The notes below the pieces were generated by a model. It made no database searches and was not told where the DNA came from. It was given only the letters and a program-made list of their open reading frames with translations. Source: Desulfosudaceae bacterium (GTDB lineage: Bacteria; Desulfobacterota; Desulfobacteria; Desulfobacterales; Desulfosudaceae). From it: DNA of 64,000 nucleotides. Below, one piece after another: positions 48,176 to 57,994 of this stretch; position 1 is the stretch's first letter; each line of letters starts with the position of its first letter. The translations under genes and the position numbers were made by a program. The stretch lies in the NCBI GenBank assembly GCA_963674745.2, contig CAXXDV010000001.1, positions 448,001-512,000 of the forward strand. Reading direction: 5' to 3'.

Positions 48176-50251
48176 ATGAAAAGCGCGCCGGATACTGTTT
48201 TAGACCAGATAAAAGAACGTGTCGCTTCAGACGGGGATATCTACGAGGCGGTTTACACGTATTACGAATATATTCAAAAACACCTTCCCGCGGAACGAAT
48301 GAGCCTGAGCCTGCTTGACTTTGATCAGAAAAACATACAAATCATTGCCCAGGCCAGTAAAACCGGAAGTGAAAAAACAGATTTCATCGTTTCAACCCCA
48401 AAAGAGCTACCGGCTTTTTTTAATTTGAACGATCTGCCTGAAATTTACATGATCAACGAACCGGAAACCGACCCGCTCGGACGGAATATGATTAAGCGAA
48501 CAGGTTTCAAGGACTGGTCTCTGATAGGCGTGCTGATCAGGGAACAGGCAGTTGCTTACGGTGTGATATTTTTTACGGTTAAAGGGAAAAACGGGTATTC
48601 TGAAAAACATGCCGCCTTGCTCACGGATTTATATGATTCGCATAAATGGCTTCTGGACGCTGTTATCAGGGAACATAAGAACAAACCCGGCGGCCTTGAT
48701 CAAAAAGAGACCGTAGAAGACAAATATGAATTCTTCCGCCAGGTCACCCGGCGGTTATGCGGGCACCTTGACATGGAGGTCGGTGTTCTGCATTGTTTTC
48801 AATACCTCAGCCGGTTCTTTCAGGCTTCCATGCTGTCCGTCCACAAACATCATGAAGAGAGTGATACAGATATCATCGGGGTCGGACCGACCACTTTTTT
48901 AAACTATTTCGATCCGGATATGATGGCCAGGGGTACAGAAAGCCTGAGCCCTGCGGAAAAAACATCGTCTCCCGAAACCGTGATCACCAATCGCCCCGAG
49001 CGCGACCCTACCCTGAATCGCACGGTAAAAAAATTCGGGGCCAACTGGTCGGCGATCACCATGTATCTTTCACATAAGCGGGTCCCGCTCGGCCTTGCCA
49101 ACCTCGTCACGGAAGGAAGAGATGCTTTTTCTGAGGAGCAAAGGGAGCTGTTTGCCATGCTCCATGACCCGTTTTCCCTGGCCCTTTCAAATCATATCAC
49201 ACACCGGGAAGTCATCCGGCTGAAAAACATCATCGAAGACGAGAAGAAAAACCTTCAGGAGGAATTGCATTTCTCCGGGGAAACCACCATTATCGGCGAA
49301 ACGTCGGGATTAAAGGGGGTCATGGACAGTGCCCGGGTTGTCGCCGGCCGGGAAAGCCCGGTTTTGCTGTCCGGTGAAACCGGCGTGGGCAAGGAAATCA
49401 TCGCCAATTTTATCCACCGGCAATCATCACGAAGAGACGCCCCCCTGATCAAGGTCAATTGCGGTGCCATCCCGGATACACTGGTCGACAGCGAACTGTT
49501 CGGCCATGAAAAAGGGGCCTTCACCGGCGCGGACACCCGAAAAAAAGGCCGTTTTGAACGGGCTGACGGCGGGACGGTTTTTCTGGATGAAATCGCGGAA
49601 CTGCCCCTTCCGGCCCAGGTCCGCATGCTGCGGGTCCTGCAAAATAAAACCATCGAACGGGTAGGAGGCACAGAGACCGTACCCGTGAATATCCGCATCA
49701 TCGCCGCCACCCACCGCAACCTGGAAGAAATGGTCGCTTCCGGCCTGTTCCGGGAAGACCTGTGGTTCCGGCTGAATGTCGTTCCCATCCATATCCCGCC
49801 CTTGAGAGCAAGACGGTCGGACATCCCGGCCCTTGTGGATTATTTTATTGAGAAAAAATCCCGGGAAATGACACTTCATGTCAATCCATCCCTGCCTGCC
49901 GATGCCATGGAGCGGTTGACTTCGTATGAATGGCCCGGCAATGTTCGTGAACTGGAGAACGTCATTGAAAGGGAGCTGATCCTGCAAAAAGGCGAGGCGC
50001 TCACGTTTGAGCACATCATTCCCGGGCCGACAAGCGGTAATACACAAGATAATAATACCATTCCGGAAGACGACGTTCTGGAAATGGACAAGGCCTTTGC
50101 CCGTCATATCAGAAACGTTCTGGGGCTTACGCAAGGTAAAATCAACGGCCCCGGAGGGGCAGCGGAATTACTGAAAGTTAAACCCAGCACCCTCCGCCAC
50201 CGCATGGACAAACTGGGAATCACCTATGGCTGGAAAAAAACAAAAAAATAA
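48176..50251 (+). CDS. Sigma-54-dependent activator, tandem GAF-like input (type B, copy 1)
   Basis: [32 protein letters not shown]. Confidence 0.92.
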   Translation: MKSAPDTVLDQIKERVASDGDIYEAVYTYYEYIQKHLPAERMSLSLLDFDQKNIQIIAQASKTGSEKTDFIVSTPKELPAFFNLNDLPEIYMINEPETDPLGRNMIKRTGFKDWSLIGVLIREQAVAYGVIFFTVKGKNGYSEKHAALLTDLYDSHKWLLDAVIREHKNKPGGLDQKETVEDKYEFFRQVTRRLCGHLDMEVGVLHCFQYLSRFFQASMLSVHKHHEESDTDIIGVGPTTFLNYFDPDMMARGTESLSPAEKTSSPETVITNRPERDPTLNRTVKKFGANWSAITMYLSHKRVPLGLANLVTEGRDAFSEEQRELFAMLHDPFSLALSNHITHREVIRLKNIIEDEKKNLQEELHFSGETTIIGETSGLKGVMDSARVVAGRESPVLLSGETGVGKEIIANFIHRQSSRRDAPLIKVNCGAIPDTLVDSELFGHEKGAFTGADTRKKGRFERADGGTVFLDEIAELPLPAQVRMLRVLQNKTIERVGGTETVPVNIRIIAATHRNLEEMVASGLFREDLWFRLNVVPIHIPPLRARRSDIPALVDYFIEKKSREMTLHVNPSLPADAMERLTSYEWPGNVRELENVIERELILQKGEALTFEHIIPGPTSGNTQDNNTIPEDDVLEMDKAFARHIRNVLGLTQGKINGPGGAAELLKVKPSTLRHRMDKLGITYGWKKTKK

Positions 50252-50332
50252 TCCCCAAATTCGCAGGTCCGCACGCAGTATCAGTTCCTTTAAGACCTGC
50301 TTGAGCCGTTCGGATAAGGAATAGCCCCGCAT

Positions 50333-51217
50333 ATGAAACGAAAAAAGATAATCATTGATACAGATCCTGCCATAGGCGTTTTTTTAAGAGATGTTGATGA
50401 TGCCCTGGCAATTTTGCTGGCAATTGCTTCCCCTGAAATTGAACTGGAAGGCATTACGATTAATTTTGGGAACGTGCCGTCTGAAAAGGGATATACCGTA
50501 GGCAAGCAGATACTGGCGGTCGCCGGGGTTGATATTCCAATTATACCGGGAGCCGCCTCCAGAAAATTGCTGGGCCGGCCAACACCGGCGGTAGAGCATT
50601 TGATTCAGACCGTAAATAGACATCCGGGGGAGATAACCCTGGTTGCTGTCGCGCCGTTGACGAATGTGGCGTCAGCCATGATGCTGGACAATACCTTTGC
50701 CGGGAACCTGAACGAACTTATTGTAATGGGCGGTGCCGTTAATTTTAAATTCTTCTCAACCTTTGGGGAATTGAATTTCCATTTAGACGGCCAGGCTGCC
50801 TCAATTGTTATGGCGGCGCCGTGTCACAAAACATTACTGACGATGGACCTCTGCTCCCAGGCTGTATTTACCCGGTCCCACTTAGCACAATTAAAAGGAA
50901 ATAAAACAGCAGTGTCGCAATTTCTGGCGCGCAACATTCCTTCATGGTTGACGCTCAACAGAATTGTATTTCGGAAAGGCGGCTTTTTCCCCTGGGATCC
51001 AATTGCAGTCGCCTGCGCAATTAATCCAGACCTGACGGACAAAAAACACTTTACCTTTGATGTCCAGGCACAAGGCATTCGAAGCGGCAGGATATATAAC
51101 CTTAAAGAACAGGCGGCGCAGGACGATACCGCAAACAGATATCCGGTTAATATTCCTCAGAGATTAGACAGCAAGCATTTTATGAAAATGCTTTTAGACC
51201 ATTTATTGTCTTTGTAA
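50333..51217 (+). CDS. Nucleoside hydrolase (IU-NH fold)
   Basis: IDTDP..DVDDALA, FGN, PLTNVA, MGG, ELNF, PWDP. Confidence 0.88.
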   Translation: MKRKKIIIDTDPAIGVFLRDVDDALAILLAIASPEIELEGITINFGNVPSEKGYTVGKQILAVAGVDIPIIPGAASRKLLGRPTPAVEHLIQTVNRHPGEITLVAVAPLTNVASAMMLDNTFAGNLNELIVMGGAVNFKFFSTFGELNFHLDGQAASIVMAAPCHKTLLTMDLCSQAVFTRSHLAQLKGNKTAVSQFLARNIPSWLTLNRIVFRKGGFFPWDPIAVACAINPDLTDKKHFTFDVQAQGIRSGRIYNLKEQAAQDDTANRYPVNIPQRLDSKHFMKMLLDHLLSL

Positions 51218-51274
51218 AAAAACAAGGTTTTAAAGAGTTCCGCATCATTTCATGCAAAGACAAACAAGAAACCG

Positions 51275-52015
51275 CTACGAATCTCCGCCCGCCCAGGACC
51301 GGCGGATCAGGCTGCGAAACAGTTCCAGGTGGCGGTTGAACTGTTCCATCCGGGCCAGGGTCTCTTCCGGGGAGCCGGAAATATAGGCTTTGATCAAGGC
51401 CCGCTTGATCTGGTTGTGGCGGCGGAGCAGGGGCTTGTCGACCACCTGTAAAAACAGGGTAAACATCATTTTCCGCAGGGGTCGGAACGAGTTGACCAAC
51501 ATCCGCAGGACGGTGTTGTCCAGGGCATCGACGATGATGTCCTGGGACCGGACCTCCAGTTCCACCAGAGCGCCGAGGTCGGCCAGGTCCAGAAGGGCTT
51601 CTTCTTCATCCAGCAGAGAAAACAGCTCCTTAATCTGTATCGCCGACAGGCGGGGCGCGGCAGCGGCCAGCATGGCCGGGAAAACCATTGTCCAGGCCTC
51701 CAGTATCTCATCAGCCAGGTACTGGTCGGTAAACAGGGGCGCCGCTGCGGGGTCCCCCCGGGATACCAGCAGACGCAAAAAATCAATGCCGGCGTTGTGG
51801 ACATAGTCGCGGACATACATCCCGTCTCCCTGGCGGACATCCAGCACTCCCATGGACTGCATGATCTTTACGGCCACCCGCAGGGCGCTACGGTCCACCT
51901 GCAGTTCCTGAGCCAACTCTTTTTCCGGGGGCAACTTTTCACCCGGCTGGCGTTTACGGGTAAATATCTGCTGCATGAGGGTGTTGGCAGCTACCTGGTG
52001 GTTTTGCTGGGCCAT
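51275..52015 (-). CDS. GntR/FadR family transcriptional regulator
   Basis: PGEKLPPEKELA..VDRSALR..RQGDGMYV. Confidence 0.88.
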   Translation of the reverse strand: MAQQNHQVAANTLMQQIFTRKRQPGEKLPPEKELAQELQVDRSALRVAVKIMQSMGVLDVRQGDGMYVRDYVHNAGIDFLRLLVSRGDPAAAPLFTDQYLADEILEAWTMVFPAMLAAAAPRLSAIQIKELFSLLDEEEALLDLADLGALVELEVRSQDIIVDALDNTVLRMLVNSFRPLRKMMFTLFLQVVDKPLLRRHNQIKRALIKAYISGSPEETLARMEQFNRHLELFRSLIRRSWAGGDS

Positions 52016-52093
52016 GGCTTTCTCCTTGTGGTGGCGTCGTAAAAAGTCCGGTTTATGTTTTCTGCAATCAAATTTTACATACTCAAATAATTG

Positions 52094-52122
52094 TTGACAT
52101 GAATTTTTAAAATTGTTATGAT
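52094..52122 (+). promoter_or_regulatory. Sigma-70 promoter for the MBL-fold gene
   Basis: TTGACA-N17-TATGAT with extended TGn. Confidence 0.7.
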
Positions 52123-52176
52123 GAATTTAAACTATAAATAATATGTCTGTCAACTCTTATTTACAAGGAGCATATC

Positions 52177-53394
52177 ATGGCATTCAAAGGTCTGATTCCC
52201 GGCTGGTTTCCCACCAAAGAAATGGCCCGTTCACGGGTAATGGAGATCGCCCCGGATATCTGGGAGGTGGAAGGGTATCTTTCTTCCCAGTTCTTTTTGA
52301 AACCGCCCTCGTGCAACTGCTTTGTGCTTCGGGACAAGGATCTGGTGCTGCTGGTGGATACCGGCACCTACGCCTTTTACCGCAGGCCCATATTGGATAT
52401 TCTTGAGCGATACAAAAAGGACGGGGCAAAACGGCTGGTCCTGATGCTGACCCAGGGTCATTTTGATCACGTGGCCAACAATGATCTCATTCTCGAGGCC
52501 GGATACGACGAGGTCCGCTTTCTGCTGCCCGAGGCCGAAGTATCCACCATCGACCTGTGGGGCCACTGGACCGGTGAATATCTTGAGCTGACCGAATATT
52601 ACGACCCCTATTGCCAGATGCCCATGGCCTTTCCCACGGCCGTGCCCAACCTGGCCGGGCACATCTCCCCGGCCCTGGCCCAGAAATTAATCGAAAAAAA
52701 CCTGCGCCACATGTTCCGGGGGATTAACACCCTGGCCGACCGGGCCGAAATTTTGACCAATGACAGCCGGATTTCACGTACTTTCGGAGACGTCACTTTT
52801 CAGGGGTGGGAAATCGGCCGTTTTTTCGCGATCCATGACGCCACCCACAGCCCCGGCCACCTGTCGTTTTACGATCCCGAACACAAGGTTTTCCTGACCG
52901 GTGACGCCACCCTGGAGATCAACCCGGCTTTTTTCAACTCCAGCCTCAACACCTGCATCGACATGATGGACAAGTTCGCCCGCTTTGCCGAGCAGGGCTT
53001 TGTGGAGCTGGCCACCGACGCCCACCGCTCGGTCATCTGGGCCGAACGCCTGGCCGATGACCTGAAGTATTCGGCCGCCGATCCCATCCAGGAGGTGGAC
53101 GCTCTGGAGGGTAAAGACAAGTGCATTACCTTTTACCGTTTTTTCGAAGCTTACTACAAGGTGATGAAAGAGACGGTCATTTCCGACCTGTCCCGCCTGG
53201 GATCGGCCACCGTGCCCCAGTTGGTGGAAGAGTTCAAGGGCTGCACCCACCCCTATGCCCGCTTCAAGGTGGCCGCCAAATTTCCCCGGCTGCCTTCCCG
53301 GCTGGACGTAATGGTGGCCAATATACTCAAAGAGGCCGAAATCCCGTCCAGACGAAGGGGCACGGACATCATTTTTTCACCGAAAGAAAAATGA
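52177..53394 (+). CDS. Metallo-beta-lactamase-fold hydrolase
   Basis: LVDTG, TQGHFDH, THSPGH, LTGD, DAH. Confidence 0.82.
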   Translation: MAFKGLIPGWFPTKEMARSRVMEIAPDIWEVEGYLSSQFFLKPPSCNCFVLRDKDLVLLVDTGTYAFYRRPILDILERYKKDGAKRLVLMLTQGHFDHVANNDLILEAGYDEVRFLLPEAEVSTIDLWGHWTGEYLELTEYYDPYCQMPMAFPTAVPNLAGHISPALAQKLIEKNLRHMFRGINTLADRAEILTNDSRISRTFGDVTFQGWEIGRFFAIHDATHSPGHLSFYDPEHKVFLTGDATLEINPAFFNSSLNTCIDMMDKFARFAEQGFVELATDAHRSVIWAERLADDLKYSAADPIQEVDALEGKDKCITFYRFFEAYYKVMKETVISDLSRLGSATVPQLVEEFKGCTHPYARFKVAAKFPRLPSRLDVMVANILKEAEIPSRRRGTDIIFSPKEK

Positions 53395-53422
53395 CCCGAA
53401 AGGTCGGAGAGAGATGTCCGGG

Positions 53423-54826
53423 TTAACGGGTTGCACGGGTTTCCCGGTAATCGCTCAGCGCTTTTCGTATGTTGTCGATCAGGTCTTTGGGAAACTGCTT
53501 TCCGGCCAGTTTCCGCTCGACCGCTCTTCCCGCTGTTTCAATGGCCTGTTGATCTTCGGGTGACAAGGTCACGGCCTTTATACCACATTTGGTTTCAAAG
53601 GCTTCCAGGCTTTTTGCTTCGTATCTTCTGATCATCTCCTTCCACTCAGGTTCAACAGCGTTTAGTTCGGAGACAAACATTTCCAGGATATTTTTAGCGC
53701 AGGTATCAGAGACACCTATATCTTTTCGAAGCCGGGCCCGTATGCTGGAGCTGACCAGCACCGACCCCGGAACATAAAAAACCGAGGGCTTAAGGTAGAA
53801 ATTCGTGTACTGGTAGGTCTGCATGCCCAGCATATAGGCCGGGGGCGACAGATTAACGATTTCCTGGCCCGGGCGGAAAAAGCTAATAACATCATCCATA
53901 GATACAGACGTTACGTTGCTTATGCCCAGCGCCTGATAAAAAGGAGGCTCTATGTCGTTGTAAAGCATTAAAATCTTCTCTTTTTTCAAGTCCGCCAGGC
54001 CGGATACCCTGTTTACTGAAAACCAATATAAATTACCGGTATCAACAAGGGCACACAGAATGTAGCCGTTTTCCTCAAAAGCCCGGTCCAGCGTTTTTCT
54101 GAACGTTTTTAAGATGAAATCAACTTCTTCGTAATTCTTGAACAGGCCGGGCAGCGACAATACAGAAGAAACGGAAGATGCTTCCAGCATACCAATGACG
54201 GTGCAGCCGCAACTGTCGAGCTGGCCGTCTTTCATTTTTTCCAGAACATCCAGGTCGTCTCCCATGACCCCGCCGCCGTAAATTTTGATTAAAACTTTTC
54301 CCCCGGTCAGCTTCTTAATTCTGGGAAAAATGATGTTTTCGGGCACATTCATCCAGGGTGTGCCCGGGGGCGCAAGGGTGCCGACTGTCAACACCATCGG
54401 CTCTTTGTTCTGGAGTGGCGACGTGGCAGCACGCCAAATGATGATTTTAGCCGCTTCCCACGCCATGTGGGGGGAAAAGAGGGGGTTAAAGCGCTCTGAA
54501 ACATCGTTTAAAACGTATCGGGATGTTTGATAGCGATTTAGTAAAGGCATGGCCGTCTTTTCAATCATGCTTTCAAGGACCGCTGTTGTTATGGTGCCGT
54601 TTGACAGCATGGCTTTCATTGCCTGCTGGCGCTGCTTTAATTCAACAGGAAATTCCCGACCGGTCCACAATGCAATCAGGCTGTCCTGCAGTATGCTTTG
54701 AAATTTTTCGGCGGTTTTTTCTTCTGCCGCGGCAGCAAGGGGTTGTCCGGCGATAGCCGCAATTGTAAGCGCGGCAATGATTGTCAACAGGCTTGTCTTG
54801 AATGAATACAAACGAATAAAAAACAT
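53423..54826 (-). CDS. TRAP/TPAT substrate-binding protein (DctP/TatP-like), paralog of 1822-3213
   Basis: Signal peptide; VGTLAPPGTPW, KIYGGGVMG, MLGMQ.YQY, TKCGIKA shared with the paralog. Confidence 0.8.
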   Translation of the reverse strand: MFFIRLYSFKTSLLTIIAALTIAAIAGQPLAAAAEEKTAEKFQSILQDSLIALWTGREFPVELKQRQQAMKAMLSNGTITTAVLESMIEKTAMPLLNRYQTSRYVLNDVSERFNPLFSPHMAWEAAKIIIWRAATSPLQNKEPMVLTVGTLAPPGTPWMNVPENIIFPRIKKLTGGKVLIKIYGGGVMGDDLDVLEKMKDGQLDSCGCTVIGMLEASSVSSVLSLPGLFKNYEEVDFILKTFRKTLDRAFEENGYILCALVDTGNLYWFSVNRVSGLADLKKEKILMLYNDIEPPFYQALGISNVTSVSMDDVISFFRPGQEIVNLSPPAYMLGMQTYQYTNFYLKPSVFYVPGSVLVSSSIRARLRKDIGVSDTCAKNILEMFVSELNAVEPEWKEMIRRYEAKSLEAFETKCGIKAVTLSPEDQQAIETAGRAVERKLAGKQFPKDLIDNIRKALSDYRETRATR

Positions 54827-54941
54827 CTTTTTCCGTTATCTATTGTGTTAAAAATCGAAACCGATCATCCTCCGGAAACGCCACCCACATGGACCGCCAT
54901 AGCGGCAGCCCGGCAAAGCATTTGAGAAATACTTGTATTAT

Positions 54942-55238
54942 CTATATCATTCCGTAAATCGACAAATGAATTTCAACAAGCATTTTCATTGTAATAAAGA
55001 ACCAGATTACCGTTAGTCCGGCAGACAAAAGGAATATGGATAACCAGCGGAAAAAAGGAACCCGTTTCTTAAATAACTGTTTATTAACCCATACAAATGA
55101 AAGGAGAACCATCCCCAATATTATAAGGAACTCATATTCATGCCCTGAAATTTTGAACAAAGTGATATCTATTAAGTCGATGCTCAGCCAAACACCGATA
55201 TATAATACGAATACAGAAATGTTATTTCTGGCTGCCAT
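54942..55238 (-). CDS. Small AT-rich membrane protein (3 TM)
   Basis: Hydrophobic 98-aa ORF from MAARNN; the longer start runs through a repeat. Confidence 0.5.
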   Translation of the reverse strand: MAARNNISVFVLYIGVWLSIDLIDITLFKISGHEYEFLIILGMVLLSFVWVNKQLFKKRVPFFRWLSIFLLSAGLTVIWFFITMKMLVEIHLSIYGMI

Positions 55239-55262
55239 CCGTGAGGTTTCGCCATGTTTTTT

Positions 55263-55312
55263 AAAGGGGCCAAGGGCTCGAGCACTTGCCCCCTCGAATC
55301 CTTGGCCCCTTT
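55263..55312. repeat. Octamer-based intergenic inverted repeat (REP-like)
   Basis: aaaggggccaagggctcgag ... ctcgaatccttggccccttt. Confidence 0.75.
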
Positions 55313-55384
55313 CAAACGCCATCGACTGAACTGAAAAAACCATGTCATCCCTTTACTGCGACTGACCGGAATATGAGTATATTT

Positions 55385-56464
55385 TTAATACCCGGCATTT
55401 TTCAAACGATTGGCATGCTGACGGTACAGTTCCACCTCGTTAAAGAAAGGATTGGTCATTTCCCAGAGCAGGTTGGTCTCATCCAGGTGGTTCATGGGGT
55501 AGTTATCGCGAATCACTTTGCCCCAGTGGGATTCAGGGGCATTTACCAGGCCATCTGTCTGGATGGGCTCACCGGAGAGGGTGCCTATGGTGGCAGCGGC
55601 CAGCAGGGCGGCATCAGAAGGATCAAGCGGGTTTGTCAACACCTGGGTGCCCGACCAGGAGTAATATCCGATTCCGTTTTCACCCACTTCAGGCCCCTGG
55701 CCGCCCCAGCGGTCCGGTCGACCGATGGAGTAGAGGCGGTTGAAATATTCCTTGCGCTCATCAAAACCACTGTCGGCAGCAGCATCAACGGGAAAACCGT
55801 AAAGCTCGTAGGCGCTGTTTACAGCCTGCTGGGAAACCCTGGCCGCCTCCCTTAAGGAAGCCAGGTCGGAATTAACATCACTTGTTCCTTGCGGTACGGT
55901 CCAGCGAATGCCGCCGGCATCCATAAAAATCAGCTCGGTCAACTGGCAATCGATGCCGCACGAAAAATCAACGGGATTCGGCGGGTTCGGGTTGTCCCGG
56001 TCATCGGTATCGTTTGACCCGCCCACTGTACTGACGGACGCGACCAGGTCCGGTCGGACAGCGGCCACATACCTGGATGTCGGCGCGCCGAAACTGTGAC
56101 CGATGAGATTGAACTTTTGATGACCTTTCAAGGCCCTGATGAAATCAAGCTCATGAATAAGTTGTTCGCCGCGGATTTCCGGGGAATTGAGCGCGGAAAC
56201 CTGCGCCACGTAAACGGTTCCGCCGCTGCGCATGATTTCATACGGAATAGTGGGCCAGTAATCGGTATCAAGAAAGCCAACAATATCCGTGTTGTCAAAC
56301 CCCATACTGCCGTGCACCAGCACCATCGGATAAGCTGTTTTGGTGTATGTATCGGGCGGCGGCGGGGTTGGCCCGAAGGCAAACGCCGTATACGAAACAA
56401 GCATGGTGGTCAGGGTAAACAACATAGCGATGACTGTTTTTTTGATCAAGGATTCTGCTTTCAT
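55385..56464 (-). CDS. lip: Secreted triacylglycerol lipase (family I.1/I.2 type)
   Basis: Signal peptide; YTKTAYPMVLVHG, RGEQL, LIGHSFG, DGLV, MNHLDETN, HANRLKNAG. Confidence 0.92.
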   Translation of the reverse strand: MKAESLIKKTVIAMLFTLTTMLVSYTAFAFGPTPPPPDTYTKTAYPMVLVHGSMGFDNTDIVGFLDTDYWPTIPYEIMRSGGTVYVAQVSALNSPEIRGEQLIHELDFIRALKGHQKFNLIGHSFGAPTSRYVAAVRPDLVASVSTVGGSNDTDDRDNPNPPNPVDFSCGIDCQLTELIFMDAGGIRWTVPQGTSDVNSDLASLREAARVSQQAVNSAYELYGFPVDAAADSGFDERKEYFNRLYSIGRPDRWGGQGPEVGENGIGYYSWSGTQVLTNPLDPSDAALLAAATIGTLSGEPIQTDGLVNAPESHWGKVIRDNYPMNHLDETNLLWEMTNPFFNEVELYRQHANRLKNAGY

Positions 56465-56479
56465 TCGGGTGGTTCCCCT

Positions 56480-57574
56480 TTAATTTTCGTTGTTATGATT
56501 TTTTACGCGATACCGTTCAATCACGGCCACACGCATTCGCTCTGTTTCGGAAAACGCGCTGGCCTTTATTTCTTCTATCAACTCTTTTTTGTCGCCTTCG
56601 GGCCAGTCGGCGGCATTAATCTGATCCACCTCTTCAAAGAAATCGTTCAAACGGGACTTCCATACGCGGTTTCTTTCATCCAGCGCTGCCATCCGCTGGG
56701 CTGCATCATACCCGTAATCGGCCAGCCGCCTGTCATACAGTTCGTCATCGGACAGCGACTCTTCCTGCCAGGCTTTTTCTTTGTTTATAGACCCACTCAC
56801 CTGTTCGTGATTGCGGATGATCTCCTGCTGCATTTCCGGCAATTGGCTTCTCAGTTCCTCTATCCGGCGTTGTTTTTCTTCGTCCGGCAAATCCGCAAGG
56901 CTCAGTTCCAGGCGGGCGATATTGTAGGCCTGGTAATTTTCCTCACTTTCAAAAAACACATCGCTGTATTCCTGACCGAAGTGACGCTTACGGGCTTCCG
57001 CCAGGTACGCATGATATGCTTTCAGGTAATCAACCAGATCCCGGCCGTAAATATTATATACATCCGTGTTATCAGAAGCCCCGTATTCTGCCAGATCCCG
57101 GTTATAGGCCATAAACTTCTGCAGCAGCGCCCGTGCCTGTTCGGCCGCCTTGGGTGAAAGCTTGCTGTCAAGATACTGCTCCATATTGGCGGCAATCTGT
57201 TCGGGTGTTTTTTCGCCAAGCGCTGAAAAAAAATAATCAAAGAGGTCCTTAAAACCGATGTCTACAACCAGGTTGCCGTTTTTGTCCTCCTGCAACCGGC
57301 CGTCGATTTCCGTGTCATGCTGGGACGGTGATATCAGCGCTGACGCCGGCAAAGGACGTTCTGCCGGAGGCGCCTGGTCAGTCGGAAGCGGGGTGGTTTT
57401 CTTTTCTTCTATGGGCACCGGGCTTGAAAGCGCGTTCGCAGGTAAATCAAGAGAGGCTTGTTTGGCGGGTATAGGCGACGGTGAGTCGCTTTGCATCCAG
57501 TATATCAAGCCGGCAATAATAAAAAATACGGCAGACGCGGATAAAAAATATTTTATTTTTTCCTTAAAAATCAT
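56480..57574 (-). CDS. lif: Lipase-specific foldase
   Basis: N-terminal TM + Pro-rich linker; SQHDTEIDG..GNL, FDYFFSALGE, AAQRMAALD..W; adjacent to the lipase. Confidence 0.88.
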   Translation of the reverse strand: MIFKEKIKYFLSASAVFFIIAGLIYWMQSDSPSPIPAKQASLDLPANALSSPVPIEEKKTTPLPTDQAPPAERPLPASALISPSQHDTEIDGRLQEDKNGNLVVDIGFKDLFDYFFSALGEKTPEQIAANMEQYLDSKLSPKAAEQARALLQKFMAYNRDLAEYGASDNTDVYNIYGRDLVDYLKAYHAYLAEARKRHFGQEYSDVFFESEENYQAYNIARLELSLADLPDEEKQRRIEELRSQLPEMQQEIIRNHEQVSGSINKEKAWQEESLSDDELYDRRLADYGYDAAQRMAALDERNRVWKSRLNDFFEEVDQINAADWPEGDKKELIEEIKASAFSETERMRVAVIERYRVKNHNNEN

Positions 57575-57668
57575 GGCCACTCCTGAACCCTTTTTACGCC
57601 AGCCACGCAAACTGCTGTCCGATATTGACAATAACGCCGGGCTTCGCTAACGTTATCAGTCTTTATTT

Positions 57669-57798
57669 AGCATTAATCGTGCCAGAATAATTATATATAA
57701 ATTTCAGGCTGTTAACATTTGAGCCAAAACAATCTTGCCAAATAGCAAAAGCTTTCTTACCAAATAGCAGAGGCTCTCATATATGATAGGTTCAAGGG
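57669..57798 (-). promoter_or_regulatory. Sigma-54 promoter + IHF-like site + twin UAS (copy 2)
   Basis: Minus CTGGCACGATTAATGCT; TTTCAGGCTGTTA; TTGCCAAATAGCAA and TTACCAAATAGCAG 22 bp apart. Confidence 0.85.
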
Positions 57799-57913
57799 TG
57801 AGCATTCGCCAATGAGAATTATCGGCCGGGTCCCAGGCCAGGCAGGGAACGTATTTGTGCCGTTCTTTTAGTGACATGTTCTCTTTTTGAGCGTTTGAAT
57901 GCCGCTGAAAAAT

Positions 57914-57948
57914 TTAGGCCCCTCAAAGCATTTCTTTGAGGGGCCTAA
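57914..57948 (-). terminator. Intrinsic terminator of the esterase-lipoprotein operon
   Basis: ttaggcccctcaaag-N5-ctttgaggggcctaa perfect 15-bp stem, T-run on the minus strand. Confidence 0.8.
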
Positions 57949-57994
57949 GAGCTTTCCAGGATAGCGTTCGGCCCCAGTTCAGGCCTTTTCCGGA

